64,000 bases of DNA from a virus. Below, in pieces: positions 1 through 8,009 of this stretch. The stretch's first letter is position 1. The number at the start of each line of letters is the position of its first letter. Both the position numbers and the translations under genes were made by a program. The stretch is taken from positions 68,428 through 132,427 of IMG/VR virus record IMGVR_UViG_3300040759_000032; one strand, given 5' to 3'. The notes under the pieces are model-generated. The model ran no database searches. It was not told the DNA's origin and saw nothing but the letters and a program-made list of their open reading frames with translations.

Positions 1-681
1 ATCTGCCAGCTCTGCAGGAAGTGCCGCGCCGGAAGGGGGTGCCGGTGCCCCGGTGGCCGGGACGGCGGCCGGCCACAGAGGCGTCATCACCCGAACTGGA
101 GACGCCGCATCTGGTCCGTCGCGGACCTTGCGCGCGCGAACCGGTACCGGGTCCGACGAGAGGAGCGGATGGTCCTGTGTTTTTACTAGCTCCTCTGTCT
201 CCTCATACTCCTTAGGCGGACGGTTTCCGTCCGGTGCTCGGTCACATTCCGTCCTATGCTCAGCCACTTTTCGTCCGGTGCTCGCCATATCCATAGGACG
301 ATTTCCGTCCGGTGCAAGCTCAGTCGCGCTCCGCTTGTCCACAGGACGCTTTTCGTCCGGTGCTGGCGCGGTAAGCCACAGCCGGTACGTCGCCCTGCCG
401 AACCTCTCGCCGCGACCCGACGAGTGCTGCGCGACCGTGATCGCCCCGGCCTCGAATAGCGGCGTGATCGCGCGCCGGACGGCACGCAGGTCGCTGTCGT
501 CAACGGACGCCTCATCCCGGCCGAGGCAGTGGACGGCGATCGCCTCGTGGCCGAGCCAGAAGCGGGGCTCGTCGTCTTTGTCCAAGGCCACGAGCGCCAT
601 GAACACGAGCACGTTGAGCGCGGTGGGCGGCACCTTGCCACCGTAAAGTCGGAATGCGCCCAGTGCGTTGGATGCTCCCAC
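1..681 (-). CDS. Putative replication initiator (N-terminal winged-helix-like domain), truncated by window edge
   Basis: Not in the ORF track because no stop lies in the window. Read by hand from GTG at 681: MGASNALGAFRLYGGKVPPTALNVLVFMALVALDKD...LRAVRRAITPLFEAGAITV..., open to base 1. Contains iteron-like repeats as lambda O-type initiators do. Confidence 0.6.
   Translation of the reverse strand, partial: MGASNALGAFRLYGGKVPPTALNVLVFMALVALDKDDEPRFWLGHEAIAVHCLGRDEASVDDSDLRAVRRAITPLFEAGAITVAQHSSGRGERFGRATYRLWLTAPAPDEKRPVDKRSATELAPDGNRPMDMASTGRKVAEHRTECDRAPDGNRPPKEYEETEELVKTQDHPLLSSDPVPVRARKVRDGPDAASPVRVMTPLWPAAVPATGAPAPPSGAALPAELAD
218..365. repeat. Iteron-like repeats (candidate replication origin)
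   Basis: Five copies of ~TTTYCGTCCGGTGCT at 224, 246, 268 (22-bp period), 302 and 350. Three copies form GGACG-N5-CGTCC palindromes. An A/T-richer stretch lies at ~181-212. Confidence 0.7.
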
Positions 682-832
682 GGGGCTACGCTGCCTTAGC
701 CGCAGGACGGCAAGGGGAAATGGCGGGAAGAGCGGGCACTGTCGATTCTCCGTGAACGGGATTCGGATCGGGGCGCGCCCCCCGGAGCGCCCGCCAGCGC
801 CCCGGAGGTCTGCGCAACCCCTCGGCCTACCT

Positions 833-843
833 TATGCAGCATA
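833..843. promoter_or_regulatory. Operator palindrome TATGCAGCATA upstream of the rep-like gene
   Basis: Identical 11-mer at 2597 and 2627. Confidence 0.65.
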
Positions 844-876
844 GGTCACTCCGGCCGTCCGCCGCTACAGGCTCCG

Positions 877-1740
877 TCAGGCGTCGTCCGCGTCGCGTCG
901 GCTGAGCCGCGCAAGAGCGGAGTGGATGAGGGCGCTCGCGCCGCGCCCTCCGACGCCAGCCTCGTGCAGCAGCCCGAACGCCTCGCGGTAGGCCTTGACC
1001 TCGTCCGGGTCGCTGAGCCGCTGCTCGCCAGTCAGCGTCTCGACAGACACCAGGTGATCGTCGAAGATGACGAACCCGGACATCGGGAAGACCGGCACGA
1101 GCGCGCCGAACGGGATGATCCGGAAGTCAAGGGACGGCAGGCCGCCCGCCGTGACGGACAGCAGCCGGTCGAGCTGCGCGGCCATGGTCGGCGCCGAAAC
1201 CAGGCGCGTGCTCAGCGCCGCCTCGAGGACGACGATCCGGAACAGCCGCCCCGGCTCGTAGAGGATCTTCTGGCGTTCCATCTGCGCGCCGACCATGGCG
1301 GCGACGCCCGCCTCGTCCTGGCCCCACGTCATCGGGCCGAGGGCCAGGTGGAGGAACTCCGAGGAGTACCGCGCGGTGCGCAGCTGGCTCGGTATGACCA
1401 CCGGCTGGAACTTCGCGACGACCTCGGACGCCCTCTCCAGCTGGCCGATGCTCGCCTGCTTGGCCGCGCCGGTTCCCTGCTGCTTCCACGACGCGTACTC
1501 GGCGACCGCCCGCCCGCGCTGGGCCAGGAGCGGCGCAGGGTCGGCGTCCGCGGCCCGCGCCCAGGCGCGCACGGCGTCCTCGGACGGGAAGATCCCGCCC
1601 GTCTCGATCCGAGACACCCGCGACTGCTGCCAGCCGAGGGACTCGGCGAACCTGTTGCCGGAGATGCCCGTGGCCTCGCGCGCGCTTCTCAGCTGCTCTG
1701 CGAGCCTGCGGCGCTCGCGCAGGTGGCTGATGTCCGCCAA
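877..1740 (-). CDS. XRE-family HTH regulator with DUF5753-like C-terminal domain
   Basis: HTH LRSAREATGISGNRFAESLGWQQSRVSRIETG and C-terminal domain with ERQKILY...VVLEAAL...QLDRL. TTG start at 1740 follows GGAGG. Confidence 0.85.
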   Translation of the reverse strand: MADISHLRERRRLAEQLRSAREATGISGNRFAESLGWQQSRVSRIETGGIFPSEDAVRAWARAADADPAPLLAQRGRAVAEYASWKQQGTGAAKQASIGQLERASEVVAKFQPVVIPSQLRTARYSSEFLHLALGPMTWGQDEAGVAAMVGAQMERQKILYEPGRLFRIVVLEAALSTRLVSAPTMAAQLDRLLSVTAGGLPSLDFRIIPFGALVPVFPMSGFVIFDDHLVSVETLTGEQRLSDPDEVKAYREAFGLLHEAGVGGRGASALIHSALARLSRRDADDA

Positions 1741-1759
1741 CAGGTTCCTCCGTAGCTTT

Positions 1760-2308
1760 CTATGACGCGCGCAGCAGTTGCGGCATGCGCCTGACGTACG
1801 CGTCGTACGGCACGGCGTAGTGCAGCGCCGCGTCCCTTGCATAGCAGGCTGCGACGATCTCGGCAGGGTCGTCGGCGCGGTAGAGCCGGTCAAGCCGGCC
1901 GCGGCCGTCGTACTCCATCCGGACCATCGCGCGGCTGTCGAACAGCCAGTAGTCCGCGGTTCCCGTCAGGGCTGTCGGCGCCTCCCCTGACGGAAGGATG
2001 CGGACGTCCTCGCCCGCAGCCTGACTCTGGCCGTAAGCCCAGCCGATCTCGAACCGCAGGTAGTCGCTGAGGGGCTCGGAGACGACATGGACGCGCTGCA
2101 TGACCTTGCCGGCGCCCTTGGCGTCGCGCACCCTCTCCAGCCAGCTGCGCCGGCCCGGGTAGATGTCCGGCTCTTGCCCGGCGAGGAATGACGCCAGCGC
2201 CTCAGCCTCGCTGGCCTCGTCGTAAGCGGGCAGGAGCTCAAGGCGGTAGGCGGTGTGCTCGAACCCGTCCAGCAGCCTGCCGAGCTCCTCGCGGGGGATC
2301 TCGCTCAC
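1760..2308 (-). CDS. DUF6879-like protein
   Basis: FEHTAYRLELLPAY, RVHVVSEPLSDYLRFE, AGEDVRIL and DYWLFD motifs; typical neighbour of XRE-DUF5753 genes in actinomycetes. Confidence 0.8.
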   Translation of the reverse strand: MSEIPREELGRLLDGFEHTAYRLELLPAYDEASEAEALASFLAGQEPDIYPGRRSWLERVRDAKGAGKVMQRVHVVSEPLSDYLRFEIGWAYGQSQAAGEDVRILPSGEAPTALTGTADYWLFDSRAMVRMEYDGRGRLDRLYRADDPAEIVAACYARDAALHYAVPYDAYVRRMPQLLRAS

Positions 2309-2517
2309 CGGGCGGCCTCCTCGTCGTAGGCGGCCAGGGCGCGCCTGACGACGTCGATGCTGATGCGGCTGGCGGTCTCCCCCGGCCGCACGTTCTGCAG
2401 GGCGGCGAGGTCCGCTGCCGGCCCTTGAACGGTGAACTGGCCGTCTTCGACGTAGACGGCGGGGCAGCCGTCGTCTCCGCAGCTGCCGTCCTTCGCGAGA
2501 AGTCTCGGGTTGGTCAT
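2305..2517 (-). CDS. Small protein of the DUF6879/XRE triad
   Basis: SCGDDGCPAVYVEDGQFTVQG; GGAGG RBS; 4-nt overlap with the DUF6879-like gene. Confidence 0.7.
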   Translation of the reverse strand: MTNPRLLAKDGSCGDDGCPAVYVEDGQFTVQGPAADLAALQNVRPGETASRISIDVVRRALAAYDEEAAR

Positions 2518-2542
2518 CGCTTCCTCCGGATCGGGTCTCGGC

Positions 2543-2641
2543 TATGCACGCATAGTCAAAACGGCCCCTGACCTGCTGTCAACTGAGCCCGATCTTTATG
2601 CAGCATAAGTCATTGACGAGAAGATCTATGCAGCATAAGAT
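2543..2641 (+). promoter_or_regulatory. Sigma70-type promoter TTGACG-N17-TAAGAT flanked and overlapped by palindromic operators
   Basis: -35 at 2613-2618 and -10 at 2636-2641. Operators: TTATGCAGCATAA 2596-2608, TATGCAGCATA 2627-2637, variant TATGC-AC-GCATA 2543-2554. Confidence 0.75.
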
Positions 2642-2681
2642 GCCAGCAATGCAGCAAAACAGATCGCAGGAAGGACTCTTC

Positions 2682-2888
2682 ATGGCGTACGACGTGCGGC
2701 TGGCTACCCGGATCACCACCGGGGTAGACCGTCGGCTTCGCATGCTGGCGCTCGTGAAGAGCCAGCCTCTGAGCCACGTGCTCGTCTCGCTTCTCGATCA
2801 GGTGCTCCCGCCCGCCGACGAACTGGCCTCCCAACTCGGGACCGGCCAGCGCGCCGACGCAGCGCTTGAGTCAGAAGCGGCCGCATGA
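2682..2888 (+). CDS. Small ribbon-helix-helix-like DNA-binding protein
   Basis: ATG after AGGAAGG; VRLATRITTGVDRRLRMLALVKSQPLSHVLVSLLDQVL has a strand-helix-helix pattern; first gene of the rightward operon. Confidence 0.6.
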   Translation: MAYDVRLATRITTGVDRRLRMLALVKSQPLSHVLVSLLDQVLPPADELASQLGTGQRADAALESEAAA

Positions 2889-3256
2889 CCCCCGAACGCA
2901 AAGCGGCCCGTCACGGCGATCTCACCGCCGGACGGGCCAGGACCCCCCAATCGCACAACCGATCGGAGCCATCCGAGATGCCAACCCTAGACCCCGGCTC
3001 TCCCCGTATCACTTCCGACCCGTCCGCGTGGGACCTGGACCCGGAGACCGAGGTCCACGTCGCGAGGCTCTTCCTCGCCGTGATGACCCCCGACGGGCTC
3101 CGCGCCCGGATCGCCTCGGGCGTGTGCGGCCTGGAGCACATCAGCATGTTCCGCCGGATCGCCGACGCGATGGAGTCGCTGCTCGCCGGGGGCTTCGACC
3201 CTGAGGCGTTCGCGATGACCGTCCGGGCGTCGGCCCCTGTCCCGGCCGCCGCCTAG
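2885..3256 (+). CDS. Hypothetical protein
   Basis: ATGA overlap with the previous gene; GC3-rich. Confidence 0.55.
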   Translation: MTPERKAARHGDLTAGRARTPQSHNRSEPSEMPTLDPGSPRITSDPSAWDLDPETEVHVARLFLAVMTPDGLRARIASGVCGLEHISMFRRIADAMESLLAGGFDPEAFAMTVRASAPVPAAA

Positions 3257-3299
3257 CGGCCCGACTCGCGCACCCGAGACCTACTGAAGAGAAAGCCCC

Positions 3300-3422
3300 A
3301 TGAAGAAATTCCTCCGCGCCATCCGCGCCAACTGCGACCAGTGCTGGGGGCACGGCGGCTACTGGTACCAGGGCCACTGGACCCGGTGCGACGCGTGCAA
3401 CGGTTCGGGGAACGCGTCATGA
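3300..3422 (+). CDS. 40-aa DnaJ-type zinc-finger microprotein
   Basis: Hand translation MKKFLRAIRANCDQCWGHGGYWYQGHWTRCDACNGSGNAS has two CxxCxGxG motifs; ATGA overlap with the next gene. Confidence 0.7.
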   Translation: MKKFLRAIRANCDQCWGHGGYWYQGHWTRCDACNGSGNAS

Positions 3423-3586
3423 GCGCCCCCGACACCCCGATCCCTCCCGCCGAGCTCGACCGCTGGGACGCGACCATCGCGACCGCCGAGGAGTGCGACA
3501 AGGCGGCCGGGGTCACCGACCCGGCCACCGTCAGCGCCCGCTCGGCCTTCGGGCGGTTCGCCGCCGCGAACGGGAGGAAGCCATGA
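3419..3586 (+). CDS. Hypothetical small protein
   Basis: ATGA overlaps at both ends (MSAPDTPIPP...). Confidence 0.6.
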   Translation: MSAPDTPIPPAELDRWDATIATAEECDKAAGVTDPATVSARSAFGRFAAANGRKP

Positions 3587-3750
3587 GCGGCCGCCCGTTC
3601 GAGGGCTTCACCGACCAGCAACTCTCTGACTACTGCGGCGACGTAGACGCCAGGACGGTCAACGGCGACGGCGTCGCGTCCGCCGAGTCGGCGATCCGCG
3701 CCGGCGAGCGTCGCGTCGCCGAGGTCAACGCCCGCAGGGGGCGGTCATGA
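3583..3750 (+). CDS. Hypothetical small protein
   Basis: GGAGG RBS; ATGA overlaps (MSGRPFEGFTD...). Confidence 0.6.
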   Translation: MSGRPFEGFTDQQLSDYCGDVDARTVNGDGVASAESAIRAGERRVAEVNARRGRS

Positions 3751-4205
3751 GCCGGGGCGCCGTGTCCGCGCCGCCGCCCGAGGCCATGGAGGGCTTCCGC
3801 CATCTGCGCGCGCTCGCCGCCTACTGGAACGGGACGTGGCGCTACCGCCCGGCGGGGGCCGATCTCGATGCCGCCCTCACCCGTGCCCAGGCCGAGGTCA
3901 TGTCCGTGCTCGAGCAGGCCGGGGCCGCTGTCGACGCCGCCCGCAAGGTGGCTGCGGCGGCCCGCAGGGACGGCCCTGACATCCTCGTCGCGCACGTCTA
4001 CGGCGACAGCATCCCGGAGATGACGGGCGCCGCGCTCATCGAGGCGGCGGCATTGTGGGGGGAGTGGGCGGAATCCGAGGTGGAGGGCGTCAGCGACGTC
4101 CAGACGAATTGGCGCGGCGCCAGGGGCCGGTTCGAAGCCCGCGTCCGCGTCCGCTGCCTCAACTACGCGGAGACCGGGCAGACGGTGCCGGAGGCGGGAT
4201 CATGA
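3747..4205 (+). CDS. Hypothetical protein
   Basis: Translationally coupled ORF, GC3-rich. Confidence 0.65.
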   Translation: MSRGAVSAPPPEAMEGFRHLRALAAYWNGTWRYRPAGADLDAALTRAQAEVMSVLEQAGAAVDAARKVAAAARRDGPDILVAHVYGDSIPEMTGAALIEAAALWGEWAESEVEGVSDVQTNWRGARGRFEARVRVRCLNYAETGQTVPEAGS

Positions 4206-4435
4206 CCGCGCGCGAGGCCGGGGGCACCTTCGCCCTGTGCGCGGCCGTCGCCGCCGTCATCGTGGCGCTCGTCCTCGGAACCCCTCGGCCAGCCGAGCAG
4301 CCTGCGCCCGTGTTCACCCCGGCGGCGTTCTGCCCGTCAGGCCAGCATGCGGTGAAGGTCCGCGACGGGATGCCCGTGTGCGCGGCAACCGTTAAGCGGA
4401 CCCCCTTCGATTTTCACCCGGGGCGGTCGTCATGA
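4202..4435 (+). CDS. Small membrane/secreted protein
   Basis: Hydrophobic FALCAAVAAVIVALVLG; ATGA overlaps. Confidence 0.6.
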   Translation: MTAREAGGTFALCAAVAAVIVALVLGTPRPAEQPAPVFTPAAFCPSGQHAVKVRDGMPVCAATVKRTPFDFHPGRSS

Positions 4436-4851
4436 CCGCCCGGCAGGGGCGCTCCGCGAGGGCTCCCCGGGTGATCGAAGTCCTCGCCTGGCATCCTCCG
4501 CGCCCGGGACGGAACCTTCCCGACCGAGTTCAGCCCGACTGGCGGGAAGCGTCGCTGTGCGGGCAGTCCGACGCGGACGCCTGGTTCCCGGAGAAAGGCG
4601 GGTCGGTCCGGGCGGTCAGGCGGATCTGCCGCCGCTGCCCCGTCCGCGCCCTGTGCCTCGCCGAGGGCCTGGCCGTCGAGGAGCCGTCCGGCGTCTGGGG
4701 CGGCCTGACGGCCGGCGAGCTGAGCGAGGAGCGCGAGCGGAACCCGCGGCGCGCCCTCGCCCAGATGATGACCGAAAGCGACATCCGCGCCTACGCCACA
4801 GAGGCCCGCATCGACGCGATGCGGAAGAACCCGAGGGGGCTGGCCGCGTGA
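4432..4851 (+). CDS. whiB: WhiB-family Fe-S transcription factor
   Basis: WREASLC...DAWFPEKGG...ICRRCPVRALC...GVWGG: four Cys plus the GVWGG turn. Confidence 0.92.
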   Translation: MTARQGRSARAPRVIEVLAWHPPRPGRNLPDRVQPDWREASLCGQSDADAWFPEKGGSVRAVRRICRRCPVRALCLAEGLAVEEPSGVWGGLTAGELSEERERNPRRALAQMMTESDIRAYATEARIDAMRKNPRGLAA

Positions 4852-5348
4852 GCACAGCAGCCTCACGGGGCGCCTTCGCCGTCCTCGCGCCCTGCCCGGA
4901 CTGCAAGGGGCGGGGCGGGTTCACGGAGCGGGTCTCCTTCGCCGGCGGCGGGGGCACTCTCACGACCCCGTGCGGTGCCTGCCGCGGCAGGGGCGAGGTC
5001 CGGCATCCGCGCCCGGGACCGCATCAACGGCATGCGCCGCGCCTCGCAGCAGCCGGCCGCCTGAACGTCGAACCGCACGGTTCGACCGAGCCCAACCGAA
5101 AGAAGAAGCAAGTGAAACTCCTGTTCACCGCAGCCGGGGCCGTGCTCGCGGTGCTGGCGCTGACCAGCTCCGCGTTCGCCCACGCGCACTCCCGCGAGAA
5201 GTGGATCGCCGCAGCGCTCATCGTCGGGGTCTCCGCCCTGATCGGCGCCCTGATCGGCTTCGTCGCCTCGCGCGCCCGCAGGCCGAAGCCGCCTGCGGCC
5301 CCGGCGCGACCCGTCTACCCGTTCAGCGGCACCGGCACCCGCCGGTAG
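4848..5348 (+). CDS. DnaJ-type zinc finger plus two-TM membrane segment (possibly two genes, internal GTG at 5112)
   Basis: CPDCKGRG and CGACRGRG, followed by two hydrophobic helices. Confidence 0.55.
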   Translation: MSTAASRGAFAVLAPCPDCKGRGGFTERVSFAGGGGTLTTPCGACRGRGEVRHPRPGPHQRHAPRLAAAGRLNVEPHGSTEPNRKKKQVKLLFTAAGAVLAVLALTSSAFAHAHSREKWIAAALIVGVSALIGALIGFVASRARRPKPPAAPARPVYPFSGTGTRR

Positions 5349-5384
5349 CCCATCCCGCCCGCCCGAGCAGAAGGAAGACCCAAG

Positions 5385-5648
5385 GTGGCCCGCAGCATCC
5401 GCCGAGCCTTCGCGGCCGGCATCGTGATCACGGTGGCGGTGTCGGCGCTGTGGGCGTGGTCGACTGCCCTGACCTCGGCCGGGCCTGTCCCGCTCCCGCA
5501 CCTGACCCGGAACCCGCTGCAGGACTACGCGCAGATGGCGGGGACGGTGACCGGGAGCATCCCGGAGTTCTTCGCCGTGACCGCCGCCATCTTCGCGGCG
5601 TGCTTCACGGTCGCGGGCCTGCACCGCATGAACAGGAAGGATGCGTGA
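5385..5648 (+). CDS. Small two-TM membrane protein
   Basis: Two hydrophobic helices; coupled to the next gene. Confidence 0.6.
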   Translation: MARSIRRAFAAGIVITVAVSALWAWSTALTSAGPVPLPHLTRNPLQDYAQMAGTVTGSIPEFFAVTAAIFAACFTVAGLHRMNRKDA

Positions 5649-5878
5649 TGGCACGCGTCTACAGGAAGCAGGTCGGCCTGTGCCGACCGGACTGGACCGG
5701 CGGCGACGGCCGGGTCTACCGCTCGTACGCGGTCACGTACCTCAGCCGGGGATCCAACTTCGACGGCGTCGAAGGAGTCAAGTTCGTGGACGTGCCCGTC
5801 AAGCCCCCCCGTGGCCGCAAACTCACGGATGCGCAGGCCCGCGCGAAGGCGATCCGCATGGCGGGGAGGCTGCGCTGA
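5648..5878 (+). CDS. Small basic protein
   Basis: TGATG overlaps, AGGAAGG RBS (MARVYRKQVG...). Confidence 0.6.
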   Translation: MARVYRKQVGLCRPDWTGGDGRVYRSYAVTYLSRGSNFDGVEGVKFVDVPVKPPRGRKLTDAQARAKAIRMAGRLR

Positions 5879-6162
5879 TGGCCAGAAGGTTCACGGCCGG
5901 AGGCCGCACCTACACCGACACCCCCGCCGGGCGCCTGCAGGCCGCCGCGGACAAGGTGAGCGACACGCTGCGGCTCCGTGGCCACGAAATGATGTACTGG
6001 CGCAAGGATGCGCGGGCCGCGCCGCCGTATTTCAGCGCGCGGTGCCGGAAGTGCGGCGCCGGCGTGAAGGTCGTGGCGGGGAGGCCGCCGGCGAACCTGC
6101 CCGGCTACCCGAGCCTCCTCCGCTTCCATCAGGTCCGCTGGTGCCCGGGTCGGCCCCGGTGA
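5878..6162 (+). CDS. Small basic protein with CxxC
   Basis: TGATG overlap (MARRFTAGG...CRKC...). Confidence 0.55.
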   Translation: MARRFTAGGRTYTDTPAGRLQAAADKVSDTLRLRGHEMMYWRKDARAAPPYFSARCRKCGAGVKVVAGRPPANLPGYPSLLRFHQVRWCPGRPR

Positions 6163-6446
6163 CCGCCGTCCCGTGCGAGCCGATGCCCGGCCCGATGGGC
6201 GCCGTATGGCCGGCCGCGAAGCCGGGCGTCGACTACTGCGGCCCCTACCCGGCCTGCTGCCCGCCCGCCGCCCGGACCTGGTGGCAGCACCTGCTCGGGT
6301 TTTTCAACCCGCACGGCGACTGGTCCCTGATCGCGCTCGAAGCCGGGATGGCCGCCTTTTTCGCCGCGTTCTGCGTTTTCCTCTTCGGCGGCAACGCGCT
6401 GCAGCGTCACTGGCAGCAGGGTCGCGAGAACGGCCGGCGCCGGTGA
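6159..6446 (+). CDS. Small membrane protein
   Basis: GTGA overlaps; one hydrophobic helix. Confidence 0.55.
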   Translation: MTAVPCEPMPGPMGAVWPAAKPGVDYCGPYPACCPPAARTWWQHLLGFFNPHGDWSLIALEAGMAAFFAAFCVFLFGGNALQRHWQQGRENGRRR

Positions 6447-7027
6447 CCGCCTACCGCTGCCGGCCCTCGTCCCGGTACCGCTACCCGTACCGCCTGCGGA
6501 GGCGCAGCACGAGCGGCGAGAAGATCGCCGGGGCCGCGCTCGGCCTGTTCCTCGCGGCGTCGGTCGGCACCCGCGCCGCCGTCAGCCATCACCACCCGGC
6601 CGCCCGCGCGGCAACCGCGAAGACGGTGCCCGCGTCGGCCGCCCCGGTCGCCAGCGGAAGCCAGACGGCGTTCTGGCGGGCGCTCCTCGCTGACCTCGGC
6701 GCGCCCGACGACCAGGCGAACCTCGACGGCCTCGACGCATGGCGGCCCCTTGAGCAGCCCTGGCCCTCCCTCGCCCGGTGGAACCCCCTCGACTCCATCC
6801 TCCCCATGCCGGGGTCATGGGACTACAACACCTTCGACGGGGACCTGCACGTGCAGAGCTACCCGACCGCCGCAGAGGGCGCGGAAGCCGACGCGCTCAC
6901 CCTCGAGAACGGCAGCTACCCCCTCATCGTCGCCGCGCTCAGAGCAGGCACCGGCCTGTGCGGCAACCCGAACCTCGCCGCCGAGTTCCTCACCTGGTCC
7001 GGCGACGGCTACTCAGGAGTGTGCTGA
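6443..7027 (+). CDS. Membrane-anchored lysozyme-like putative cell-wall hydrolase
   Basis: N-terminal TM segment, then AWRPLE...WNPLDS...YN...VQSYPTAAEGAEADALTL, resembling lysozyme-fold glucosaminidase-like domains. Confidence 0.55.
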   Translation: MTAYRCRPSSRYRYPYRLRRRSTSGEKIAGAALGLFLAASVGTRAAVSHHHPAARAATAKTVPASAAPVASGSQTAFWRALLADLGAPDDQANLDGLDAWRPLEQPWPSLARWNPLDSILPMPGSWDYNTFDGDLHVQSYPTAAEGAEADALTLENGSYPLIVAALRAGTGLCGNPNLAAEFLTWSGDGYSGVC

Positions 7028-7029
7028 TC

Positions 7030-7971
7030 ATGGGTTTCCTGCTGCCCCTCATCGGATGGCCGGCGGCTGTCGCCCTGGCCGCGCTGGCCGTGTGGTCTAC
7101 CTGGGATATCTTCCATGACGAGCTCTGGCGCCGCGCCGCGCAGTGGGTCACCCCGCTGCCGTTCGCGACTGCCGCCGTCGCGCTCCTGACCGCACTCGGG
7201 GCGCTCCCCGCCCTCGACGGCGCCCTCGCGTCGCTCACCCTGGCCGCGCTTACCGCGCTCGCGCTCTGGCGCGCCCCCGGCACCGCGCGCTACCTTCTGT
7301 GGTCATTCCGGAATGACCCGGCGCGCCTCGCCGCCGCCCTCCGGAATGCCGCGCCCCGCCTCGCCGCCGTGTTCCGCTCGGGCATCGCGCTGACCCGTCG
7401 CCGGGCCCCCGCCGACGATGGCCCTGTCCCTCCTGGCGCAGCCCCGGACGGGCCGGGCCCCCGCCGCGCGGTCCCCGTCCAGCGCCCGCCCGTGGACCCG
7501 GGCGACCGCCCCGCCCCGCCGGTACGCGAGGACCCGGCCCTCGGCGACCCCGGCCAGCCCGAGGACATCGCGGAGGATCTCGCCGCCTCCGGCGTGGCCG
7601 TCCCCGCCCACTGGGCCGCCCTCGCCGACCGTATCGCGGCGTTCGAGCCGGCCGACGAGGACGAGCTCCGCGACGAGATCGCCGGGGACGCCGCCGGGGC
7701 GCTGCACGTCGCCGAGGCGATCCGGGCACGCGCCGACACCCTCCTGACCGTGACCGGCCTCGACCCGGCGTACGTCGCCGGGCACGCCGACTTCGCCGAC
7801 GAGTTCGCCGGCATGGCCCAGGCCGCCGCCCTGGTGCACCGCCGGTTCTACGTCATCTACAACGCGATCCGGGACTTCGTCAGCGGCGGCGGGGTCCTCC
7901 CGCACCGCGCCCGCGAGTTCTTCGGAGGCGACGGGGCGGCCCCCGCCGGCGACGGCGAGGCCGCGGCCTGA
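7030..7971 (+). CDS. Multi-TM protein with helical C-terminal domain, directly upstream of traB
   Basis: About three TM helices, a Pro-rich linker and an acidic helical domain. Confidence 0.65.
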   Translation: MGFLLPLIGWPAAVALAALAVWSTWDIFHDELWRRAAQWVTPLPFATAAVALLTALGALPALDGALASLTLAALTALALWRAPGTARYLLWSFRNDPARLAAALRNAAPRLAAVFRSGIALTRRRAPADDGPVPPGAAPDGPGPRRAVPVQRPPVDPGDRPAPPVREDPALGDPGQPEDIAEDLAASGVAVPAHWAALADRIAAFEPADEDELRDEIAGDAAGALHVAEAIRARADTLLTVTGLDPAYVAGHADFADEFAGMAQAAALVHRRFYVIYNAIRDFVSGGGVLPHRAREFFGGDGAAPAGDGEAAA

Positions 7972-8009
7972 CGGCGGCCGGCCCCATTCACGCACGGGAA
8001 AGGAGCAGG

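Noticed and set aside
218-365. Repeats as a CRISPR array
   Set aside because: Units ~16 bp, spacers 6-32 nt and irregular, inside an ORF, no cas genes.
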